IMG/VR virus record: IMGVR_UViG_3300038701_001110
Span: 1-63,042 of that record
DNA from: a virus
DNA: 63,042 nt
Reading direction: 5' to 3' (one strand)
Position numbers and translations under genes: made by a program. The notes beneath the pieces were generated by a model, which saw only the letters and a program-made list of their open reading frames with translations, was not told the DNA's origin and ran no database searches. This document shows, one piece after another, positions 1-5,717 of this stretch (the stretch's first letter is position 1; each line of letters starts with the position of its first letter).

Positions 1-126
1 GATGGCGGCGATGGCGGCGATGGCGGCGATGGCGGCGATGGCGGCGATGGCGGCGATGGCGGCGATGGCGGCGATGGCGGCGATGGCGGCGATGGCGGCG
101 ATGGCGGCGATGGCGGCGATGGCGGC
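1..126. repeat. Tandem array of the 9-mer GATGGCGGC, 14 units, at the left contig end
   Basis: Read directly: units 1-9, 10-18 ... 118-126, followed by a GGATCC flank. Bases 1-125 are identical to 62918-63042. Confidence 0.95.
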
Positions 127-200
127 GGATCCCCACAAAAAAGAATCGTTTGTTATCAATGGGTTGACCACTTGTTCACATTTTTAATCGCTTTTACGGG

Positions 201-228
201 TTTACATACGTTTTGGATTGTGTAGATT
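201..228 (+). promoter_or_regulatory. Candidate sigma70-type early promoter
   Basis: TTTACA (201-206), 16-nt spacer, TAGATT (223-228), about 80 nt upstream of the first + strand gene. Sequence match only. Confidence 0.4.
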
Positions 229-308
229 GATCCTTGTCAGCGGGACAGACCCGGACCCGCTGGCCCAATCCGCCGGACCGGGACGGCGTTAAATCTGGAG
301 TAAATCCT

Positions 309-944
309 ATGTCTATCTCGAACCTTCGCACCACCGTCGCAGCTGTTGGCGAGCAGCTGTCCACCGTCAACGATAAGGGCGAGGCCCTTTATGTCCCTCT
401 GATTGACCAGCTCGAGGTGCTCGAAATGACGCCTCTCTGCATCGCCAAGGGCGGCGAATATCGCAGCGCCTTGATGATGGGCTTTTTTGTGGGCTGGCAG
501 GGGGCTGAATGGGCCGAAACCTACACCTCTGCCAAGGGCAAGGACGTCCTTAGCGGTAGCGTGATGGGTCCTAAGGGCCGCAAGAAAATTGTGGAAAAGC
601 CCAAGTCGGCTTGGACCACTCACGCCAACAATGCGGTGGACCGCTTGGCATCGGTCTATGCTGACATGTATTGGGAAAAGGTGGCTATCCAGCGCGAGGA
701 AGCCAAAGGGGCTTCCAAGGGCGACGCGGCCGCTAAGGTCAAGGCTGACAGGGAAGCCAAGCGCGACGCTAACAAGCGTACGCCTATCGAAGTGATGGTG
801 TCCAATGTGGACAACATCGCCCGGCGCCTGACGGCGATTAAAGATGGTACGGCGAAGGGAAGCGACGCCAAGGTCTTAGGCGACGTGACGGAAGCCCTCA
901 AGGCATCCCGCGAACTTCTGAAGGCCCTGAAGGCCCTCGGATGA
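309..944 (+). CDS. Hypothetical early protein, 211 aa, K/A/E-rich helical C-terminal half
   Basis: ATG 309 has GGAG 8 nt upstream. The track ORF 234-944 begins at TTG with no RBS. First gene of the rightward arm. Confidence 0.7.
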   Translation: MSISNLRTTVAAVGEQLSTVNDKGEALYVPLIDQLEVLEMTPLCIAKGGEYRSALMMGFFVGWQGAEWAETYTSAKGKDVLSGSVMGPKGRKKIVEKPKSAWTTHANNAVDRLASVYADMYWEKVAIQREEAKGASKGDAAAKVKADREAKRDANKRTPIEVMVSNVDNIARRLTAIKDGTAKGSDAKVLGDVTEALKASRELLKALKALG

Positions 945-1015
945 TCCGAGACTTCATCGGGGCCGCGGTAATCGCCGCGGCCCTCCTCATCATACTTCTA
1001 GTCACCCCGATGTGA
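941..1015 (+). CDS. Possible 24-aa hydrophobic micro-protein (MIRDFIGAAVIAAALLIILLVTPM)
   Basis: ATGA overlap with the stop of 309-944. The whole peptide is a single TM-like helix, and it ends just before the terminator at 1022. Too short for any statistics. Confidence 0.3.
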   Translation: MIRDFIGAAVIAAALLIILLVTPM

Positions 1016-1021
1016 CCTCAA

Positions 1022-1050
1022 CCCCGGCGGCAACGCCGGGGTTTTTCTTT
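1022..1050 (+). terminator. Rho-independent terminator
   Basis: CCCCGGCG-GCAA-CGCCGGGG stem-loop followed by TTTTTCTTT. Confidence 0.75.
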
Positions 1051-1074
1051 GTCTCCACTTCCGAGGTTCGGGCG

Positions 1075-1110
1075 CGTCGCCAGTTCCCAGTTCAGCAGAG
1101 CGCCTAGATC
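1075..1110. repeat. 36-nt direct repeat, copy A
   Basis: CGTCGCCAGTTCCCAGTTCAGCAGAGCGCCTAGATC. Compare copy B at 1170-1205, which differs at about 6 positions. Confidence 0.75.
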
Positions 1111-1148
1111 CCATCCGGATTCGGTGTGACACCGCGCGCCCGTGTCCG

Positions 1149-1163
1149 CATACGCCGCGTATG
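1149..1163. promoter_or_regulatory. Core-only palindrome CATACG-CCG-CGTATG
   Basis: Shares the ATACG-N3-CGTAT core of the early-arm 19-bp palindrome but lacks the outer GTT/AAC bases. Confidence 0.5.
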
Positions 1164-1169
1164 TATCGC

Positions 1170-1205
1170 CCGTCGCCAGTTCCCAATGCAGCAGAGAGCC
1201 TATCA
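1170..1205. repeat. 36-nt direct repeat, copy B
   Basis: CGTCGCCAGTTCCCAATGCAGCAGAGAGCCTATCAC, 95 bp after copy A. Confidence 0.75.
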
Positions 1206-1206
1206 C

Positions 1207-1219
1207 ATACGCGGCGTAT
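1207..1219. promoter_or_regulatory. Core-only palindrome ATACG-CGG-CGTAT
   Basis: Directly abuts repeat copy B and lies just downstream of the stop of the minus-strand gene 1225-1626. Confidence 0.5.
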
Positions 1220-1224
1220 ATCAG

Positions 1225-1626
1225 TTACTCCTCTCGCTTTGCGACCTTCAGTCTGTGGTCGAAGCCGTGTTTCCTTGCTGCCCGCATCAGTGATATCAGC
1301 ACCCGAACCCGCTGCCGCTCTGCTTCCAACGCCTGATCTGTAACCTGCACAGCGTCGGTATATGCAGCCAGCGCTCTGCTGATCGCCTCGTTCACGGTTG
1401 GGCCAGCGTCACCAGTTTCCTGTGCAGCGGAGGGGCTCCCTTGGAGCTGCGCGACGCGCGCTTTCAAGCGTGCCGAAAGGTAGTCCACATACACGCTATG
1501 CGGTAGGTTTCCCCTGTCTTTTGCGCATGTCACACAACACGTTATTGTGTCACCCGGATAACCCTCCATTATTTTTGCCCGATCAACTCGTGTGCGCTTG
1601 CCACAATAGTCACATTTTTTGGCCAT
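1225..1626 (-). CDS. Zinc-ribbon-like protein, 133 aa (CDYC...CCVTC), helical C-terminal half; candidate regulator
   Basis: GGAGAGGGAAAAG lies directly before ATG 1626. Two Cys pairs sit in the first 35 aa. It is the only leftward gene inside the early arm and faces the AT-rich island. Confidence 0.7.
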   Translation of the reverse strand: MAKKCDYCGKRTRVDRAKIMEGYPGDTITCCVTCAKDRGNLPHSVYVDYLSARLKARVAQLQGSPSAAQETGDAGPTVNEAISRALAAYTDAVQVTDQALEAERQRVRVLISLMRAARKHGFDHRLKVAKREE

Positions 1627-1660
1627 CTTTTCCCTCTCCTATGTCAAACATAAACGTGCC

Positions 1661-1679
1661 ATTATACGGATCGTATAAC
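1661..1679. promoter_or_regulatory. Early-arm palindrome copy (ATTATACG-GAT-CGTATAAC)
   Basis: Lies 35 nt upstream of the start of the minus-strand gene 1225-1626. The first base is A instead of G. Confidence 0.6.
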
Positions 1680-1760
1680 AGTGCCATCCTTGTCATGCTT
1701 AACCGTGACTTAGTCAACCCTTATTCGTGTCAAAACTTGATCCTATTTTGACAAAGTTAC

Positions 1761-2153
1761 GAATGTTCCTAGGAAAGTTCCATAGTTTAATGATTAAACG
1801 GAACATTTAACCCGTTGATGTCAAACGATAATTTAGGAATGTTCCGAATGTTCCGCCTCTGGAGGGGATAAGCTTTCTTGAACGAGCGAGAGAGCGGCGG
1901 AATGCGCCACGACGCACCACAGCCCCAAACCCCCAAATCTCCAGACCTCTAAAGCGTTATTTTTGGCTACTTTCGGAACTTTAGGACTTTCCTTGAAAAT
2001 CAAGCACTTACGAGGGACCATGCACGGAAGCCCCTTTTATTTAGAGAAATCAATAACTTACCTACTACTACTACACATGCTAAGGAAAAAATTATCCAAC
2101 AAAATCAGTGCCTTGAGAAAGTTCCCTAGCCTGCGGAACTTTCTGGAACATTG
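1761..2153. repeat. Cluster of GAAWGTTCC 9-mers in both orientations inside an AT-rich non-coding island
   Basis: Forward copies at 1761, 1773, 1837, 1846 (the last two abutting) and 2117. Reverse copies (GGAACWTTN) at 1800, 1975, 2135 and 2145. Degenerate copies at 1984 and 2153. No ORF here has an RBS. Confidence 0.8.
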
Positions 2154-2201
2154 CGAACAAATTCCCGTATAACTATTTTTAACCACGTATAGTCCCATCT
2201 A

Positions 2202-2230
2202 TTGACATATACTTGTTTTTGTGGTATTGT
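2202..2230 (+). promoter_or_regulatory. Candidate sigma70-type promoter
   Basis: TTGACA (2202-2207), 17-nt spacer, TATTGT (2225-2230), at the right edge of the AT-rich island and pointing into the early genes. Confidence 0.5.
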
Positions 2231-2315
2231 GTAAGGGTCGGTTGGCACCCTGCCTCCCGGCCCGGGCCTCGGCCCGGCGCTCTTTATCATTGTTGGTTTG
2301 TGCCACAGCTAGGCC

Positions 2316-2334
2316 GTTATACGTCCCGTATAAC
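2316..2334 (+). promoter_or_regulatory. Early-arm palindrome copy
   Basis: GTTATACG-TCC-CGTATAAC; ends 7 nt before ATG 2342. Confidence 0.7.
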
Positions 2335-2341
2335 CAAGCCG

Positions 2342-2533
2342 ATGATGCGAGGATTGTGGTGCCATTGCTCGACGCGGGGAGTTACGCTAACGCTCCTGCA
2401 CCGCGCGAGTGCCGGCGTTCTGACGGAGTGCTTATGCACCCGTGATGTGACACCGAACGCCCAGCCCTGCCCGATTGAAACCCGGAAGCAGACGCATGCG
2501 CAATCCGCAACAAATGGACAACAGCTAGGGTAG
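2342..2533 (+). CDS. Possible Cys-rich 63-aa protein (MMRGLWCHCSTRG...)
   Basis: ATG follows the palindrome but there is no Shine-Dalgarno sequence. It is the internal part of track ORF 2213-2533. This stretch could instead be untranslated leader or ncRNA. Confidence 0.3.
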   Translation: MMRGLWCHCSTRGVTLTLLHRASAGVLTECLCTRDVTPNAQPCPIETRKQTHAQSATNGQQLG

Positions 2534-2575
2534 CCCCACACGGGGCTGCCTCATGGTGCTGTCCGCACCCGTGCC

Positions 2576-2594
2576 GTTATACGGCGCGTATAAC
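2576..2594 (+). promoter_or_regulatory. Early-arm palindrome copy
   Basis: GTTATACG-GCG-CGTATAAC; ends 14 nt before ATG 2609. Preceded by the hairpin AGCCCC-ACAC-GGGGCT (2532-2547). Confidence 0.7.
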
Positions 2595-2608
2595 CAAGGA
2601 GATGAATC

Positions 2609-2731
2609 ATGAAGCCCAAACACAAGCGCGCCCTGCGCCTGCGCTACTACGCCGAGGCGACGTTCGGCGTCGTAAGCCTGTGTATCGCAGGCTACGCTGG
2701 CTGGCTGCTGGCTGCAGCCGTTCTCAACTGA
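2609..2731 (+). CDS. 40-aa membrane micro-protein (MKPKHKRALRLRYYAEATFGVVSLCIAGYAGWLLAAAVLN)
   Basis: GGAG 7 nt before the ATG, a basic N-terminus and one TM-like helix. Below the 60-aa threshold of the track. Confidence 0.55.
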   Translation: MKPKHKRALRLRYYAEATFGVVSLCIAGYAGWLLAAAVLN

Positions 2732-2744
2732 GGAGGAATAAATC

Positions 2745-2927
2745 ATGACTGACCTCAACTACGAAGCCTGCTTCGACCAGCTGCCGCGCCACCAGCGCGA
2801 GGTGCTGGACTATATCGTCCAGCCTGATGAACCCCTCACCCATGCCTCGATCATGGTAGGGGGCATGAACCCCAACAACGTCAAATCCAAGTACCGGGAG
2901 GAGCAGTATGCGACCTACGGCGCATGA
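2745..2927 (+). CDS. Hypothetical protein, 60 aa
   Basis: GAGGAGG RBS 8 nt before the ATG; packed tightly with its neighbours. Confidence 0.7.
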   Translation: MTDLNYEACFDQLPRHQREVLDYIVQPDEPLTHASIMVGGMNPNNVKSKYREEQYATYGA

Positions 2928-3129
2928 GCCCGAATGCACCGAGTGCGGAGAGAGCTACGACCAGCGCCGCGCGGCGCTGGGATACTCAACGTGCCTCGAC
3001 TGCGGGGACGCCGCCGCTGCAAGCGAACGGGCCTCGTGGTGTATCGCACCAGCCGGCCATAAGCAGGGTGAGACACTGGTGCGAGACCCAGCGCACCTAA
3101 AACAAATCAACAAGTATGCGGCGGGCTGA
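2908..3129 (+). CDS. Zinc-ribbon protein, 73 aa (CTEC...CLDC)
   Basis: GGAGGAG RBS, a 20-nt overlap with the previous gene, and two CxxC pairs. Confidence 0.7.
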   Translation: MRPTAHEPECTECGESYDQRRAALGYSTCLDCGDAAAASERASWCIAPAGHKQGETLVRDPAHLKQINKYAAG

Positions 3130-3136
3130 GCCCGCC

Positions 3137-3155
3137 GTTATACGGAGTGTATAAC
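3137..3155 (+). promoter_or_regulatory. Early-arm palindrome copy (7-bp arms, 5-nt centre)
   Basis: GTTATAC-GGAGT-GTATAAC; ends 1 nt before ATG 3157. Preceded by the hairpin GCGGGC-TGA-GCCCGC (3121-3135), which contains the upstream stop codon. Confidence 0.7.
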
Positions 3156-3156
3156 G

Positions 3157-3378
3157 ATGAAAAACTACGGCAACGGCTACGGCTACGGCAACGGCAACGG
3201 CTACGGCTACGGCGACGGCTACGGCGACGGCAACGGCACCGGCACCGGCTATGGCAACGGCTATGGCAACGGCTACGGCGACGGCAACGGCTACGGCTAC
3301 GGCTACGGCGACGGCTACGGCGACGGCACCGGCACCGGCAAAGGCGACGGCGACGGCTGCGGCCACGGCTACGAATAG
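3157..3378 (+). CDS. Gly/Tyr/Asn/Asp repeat protein 1, 73 aa (MKNYGNGYGYGNGNGYGYGDGYGDG...GHGYE)
   Basis: The ATG and the TAG bracket the repeat block exactly. No SD; the palindrome abuts the ATG. All six frames are open here, and the frame choice is argued in the findings. Confidence 0.55.
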   Translation: MKNYGNGYGYGNGNGYGYGDGYGDGNGTGTGYGNGYGNGYGDGNGYGYGYGDGYGDGTGTGKGDGDGCGHGYE

Positions 3379-3388
3379 GGACGGTATC

Positions 3389-3646
3389 ATGACACACAAC
3401 GGCAGAGGCGATGGCTACGGCGACGGCAGCGGCGACGGCTACGGTTACGGTTACGGTTACGGCAACGGTTACGGCAACGGTGACGGCAACGGTTACGGAA
3501 ACGGCTACGGCTACGGCAACGGCAGCGGCGAAGGCGATGGCTACGGCTATGGTAACGGCTACGGCATCGGCACCGGCACCGGCATCGGCAACGGCGACGG
3601 CGACGGCTACGGCTATGGTAACGGCTACGGCAACGGCGACGGATAA
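3389..3646 (+). CDS. Gly/Tyr/Asn/Asp repeat protein 2, 85 aa (MTHNGRGDGYGDGSGDGYGYGYGYGNG...GNGDG)
   Basis: The GY frame shifts by +1 relative to ORF 1 and is again bounded by an ATG and a TAA at the block edges. Gly codons vary GGC/GGT/GGA, which is synonymous only in this frame. Confidence 0.55.
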   Translation: MTHNGRGDGYGDGSGDGYGYGYGYGNGYGNGDGNGYGNGYGYGNGSGEGDGYGYGNGYGIGTGTGIGNGDGDGYGYGNGYGNGDG

Positions 3647-3679
3647 AAAACAACAAACACATCGAAAAGGAGAAACACG

Positions 3680-3985
3680 ATGTATGATAAGGGAACGAAA
3701 GTGATCATTCGAAGCTCAGAGTCTGGTGTCCATCATGGAACACTGACTGACTACAGCCTCGACGGTGGATGGGTTCGGCTTGAGAACTCCCGGCGCCTAT
3801 GGAGCTGGAAGACGGCCAACGACGGGATCAGCCTGAGCGAGATCGCGATTGCAGGGATCGACCAGAGCGAGAGCAAGATCACCGACACCCTGCCGGACAT
3901 CATTATCATAGGGGTGTGTGAGATCATCCCCACATTCGGGATGGCAGACGTCACCATCGAAGGTGCCCCCGTGGCGAAAGCATGA
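3680..3985 (+). CDS. Hypothetical protein, 101 aa
   Basis: AAGGAGA RBS 6 nt before the ATG. Confidence 0.8.
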   Translation: MYDKGTKVIIRSSESGVHHGTLTDYSLDGGWVRLENSRRLWSWKTANDGISLSEIAIAGIDQSESKITDTLPDIIIIGVCEIIPTFGMADVTIEGAPVAKA

Positions 3986-3990
3986 TCGCC

Positions 3991-4009
3991 GTTATACGAC
4001 GCGTATAAC
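3991..4009 (+). promoter_or_regulatory. Early-arm palindrome copy
   Basis: GTTATACG-ACG-CGTATAAC; ends 22 nt before ATG 4032, followed by CAAAGGAG. Confidence 0.7.
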
Positions 4010-4031
4010 AATGACCAAAGGAGACTAAATC

Positions 4032-4808
4032 ATGGCATTCACTGTAAATATGGACTGGCGCGACTGCGTCGATAGCTACGCAAGTGCTCTTCAACTGCAC
4101 ACCAAAGCCGAGGCTAAGCCTTGGCGTAACGGGGGTGAGGATTACCCCCTACCTAACAAGCGCGTGCGTCACATGGGCGTGCGCAAGCTGCCTGACGGCA
4201 GCATCGCCTTCCGCTTCCACCGCACCGACGTGGTGACGTGGCATCCCGACGAGACCTACACGCTGGTTCCGTGGCAGTCGCAGAGCACCTGCGAGTTCGC
4301 CAACACGTTTCTGCCCAGCGGGCACTACCTGCACAGGGTCGGAACCTGCCTCACCATGGGTGGGTGGCACAATGGCACCACTTACCCCGTCGACTACGAC
4401 AGCACGGTGCATATCAACCCCGAAACCAACGCCCCGACACACCCCCTCAAGAGTGTGTTCCGCAAGCGCAAGGTCGACCGCAAGAAGGCCAAGGTGCTGC
4501 TCGCTGAGACTAACTACACCGAGTATCGCGAGTGGTGGAAGCTGATGCTGTCTATGAGCGGCACCGGGGAGCGCAACTGGGATGTGAACGCCCACAACCT
4601 GAAGGAATACCTCGCCGACCGGGACAAGTGGCATGACCTGATGTGCTCGTACTACGGCAATCCGGACACTATCCGCGAGTTTATCTACGATACCACATTC
4701 GGTGATCGCTCCCCCTACCACCACGAGCACGCCGACACCCTGCCTGCAAACACACGCGTCATCTCCGACACCGTAGGGTCGGGGTGGCATATCACTGGAC
4801 GCAACTGA
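4032..4808 (+). CDS. Hypothetical protein, 258 aa
   Basis: AAGGAGA RBS and a long ORF with coding-like composition. No motif recognised. Confidence 0.85.
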   Translation: MAFTVNMDWRDCVDSYASALQLHTKAEAKPWRNGGEDYPLPNKRVRHMGVRKLPDGSIAFRFHRTDVVTWHPDETYTLVPWQSQSTCEFANTFLPSGHYLHRVGTCLTMGGWHNGTTYPVDYDSTVHINPETNAPTHPLKSVFRKRKVDRKKAKVLLAETNYTEYREWWKLMLSMSGTGERNWDVNAHNLKEYLADRDKWHDLMCSYYGNPDTIREFIYDTTFGDRSPYHHEHADTLPANTRVISDTVGSGWHITGRN

Positions 4809-4820
4809 AGGAGACAAGAC

Positions 4821-5120
4821 ATGATGACTAACGACCCGAACGAGACCGCCGACCCAGAGATCACGAAGCAAGTGAGCGTGGCTCTCGATGCGTTCAACAA
4901 CGCCCTGCCTGACACCCTACGCACATACCATGTGATCGGCATCCTTGTGTCGATCATCCGCAACTTCACATCGGACAGCCGAGACGCCGCCGATCTCATG
5001 AAGGACCTGCTGCTTGCGCTCGCGGAATCATACACCATGGACGAGCAGAGCTTCGGACCCGACACCGACGAGTGCATGTGTTCCGCCTGCGTGGCGGCAC
5101 GCAAAGCTCAGGCTCACTAG
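4821..5120 (+). CDS. Hypothetical acidic protein, 99 aa
   Basis: AAGGAGA RBS. Confidence 0.8.
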   Translation: MMTNDPNETADPEITKQVSVALDAFNNALPDTLRTYHVIGILVSIIRNFTSDSRDAADLMKDLLLALAESYTMDEQSFGPDTDECMCSACVAARKAQAH

Positions 5121-5176
5121 GGTTGCATCCCAAGGTAAATCATGGTAACATAGTCTAGGTAAAACAGGAGACGACC

Positions 5177-5674
5177 ATGGTTCAACCTACCGGTGAGGGA
5201 AACACAGCGTATCAACATGGCCATTCAAGAAGGGGGAATAAGAGCACACTATACATACGTTGGCAAAATATGAAGGCTCGATGCCATCAGCCTTCCAACA
5301 AAGACTACCCCAGATATGGTGCGGTTGGTATCACAGTGTGTGACCGTTGGCGTTACGGTGAGAACGGGGTTAGCGGCTTCTCTCTATTCTTGGAGGACAT
5401 GGGGGAGCCGCCTTTCCCGTCAGCAAGCATCGACAGGATCGACGGAAGCAAAGGATACTGCGCCGAAAACTGCCGGTGGGCGGACGTTCAAACCCAGACA
5501 GTGAACAGGCGCACCACCAAGTGGCTTACCATAGATGGAGAGACCAAACCCTTGACCGAATGGGCGAGGCAAGTTGGTGTCGGACCAAAGACAATCCACT
5601 ACAGGCTCAAGAAAGGTTTGAGCCACAAAGATGCAGTTTTCCTACCCACGGATCGTGGGAGGAGACTCAGATAG
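5177..5674 (+). CDS. Homing-endonuclease-like DNA-binding protein, 165 aa; N-terminal domain paralogous to 16170-16835
   Basis: Pattern YxxWxxMKxRCxxPxxxxYxxYGxxGITVCDRW...F..DMG...SIDRID....Y...NCRWA..Q..NRR, shared with the polymerase-inserted gene. C-terminal HTH-like segment. Visibly lower GC than its neighbours. Confidence 0.6.
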   Translation: MVQPTGEGNTAYQHGHSRRGNKSTLYIRWQNMKARCHQPSNKDYPRYGAVGITVCDRWRYGENGVSGFSLFLEDMGEPPFPSASIDRIDGSKGYCAENCRWADVQTQTVNRRTTKWLTIDGETKPLTEWARQVGVGPKTIHYRLKKGLSHKDAVFLPTDRGRRLR

Positions 5675-5680
5675 GGCGTC

Positions 5681-5699
5681 GTTATACGCCCCGTATAAC
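5681..5699 (+). promoter_or_regulatory. Early-arm palindrome copy
   Basis: GTTATACG-CCC-CGTATAAC; ends 18 nt before ATG 5718. Confidence 0.7.
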
Positions 5700-5717
5700 A
5701 CCAAGGAGAAATGAGAG

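Noticed and set aside
2-187. ORF translating to (MAA)n from the terminal 9-mer array
   Set aside because: It is a pure by-product of the GATGGCGGC repeat. It has no RBS, it runs off the contig edge, and the same array at the other end is non-coding.
160-192. Second early promoter using TTGACC at 164-169
   Set aside because: No acceptable -10 hexamer lies at a 16-18 nt spacing; the nearest candidates are TAATCG and AATCGC. The TTTACA-N16-TAGATT candidate at 201-228 is better.
1761-2158. Alphaproteobacterial LexA (SOS) boxes, GTTC-N7-GTTC / GAAC-N7-GAAC
   Set aside because: GTTC/GAAC tetramers are abundant here, but their spacings are 8, 5, 6 and 5 nt, not 7. The conserved unit is the longer GAAWGTTCC.
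1833-2172. Short ORFs 1833-2021 (-) and 1963-2172 (+) in the AT-rich island
   Set aside because: They have no RBS and low-complexity translations. They are interrupted by the 9-mer repeats, so the region is better explained as non-coding regulatory or origin DNA.
3097-3704. Five other long ORFs over the Gly/Tyr block: Ala-Val, Arg-Ser-Cys, Arg-Leu-Gln and Ala-Thr repeat translations on both strands
   Set aside because: All six frames are open only because the 12-nt DNA repeat lacks stop triplets. These frames run past the block edges. They have no RBS or sensible start, and two are antisense to a uniformly rightward gene arm. The GGC/GGT/GGA variation would also be non-synonymous in them.
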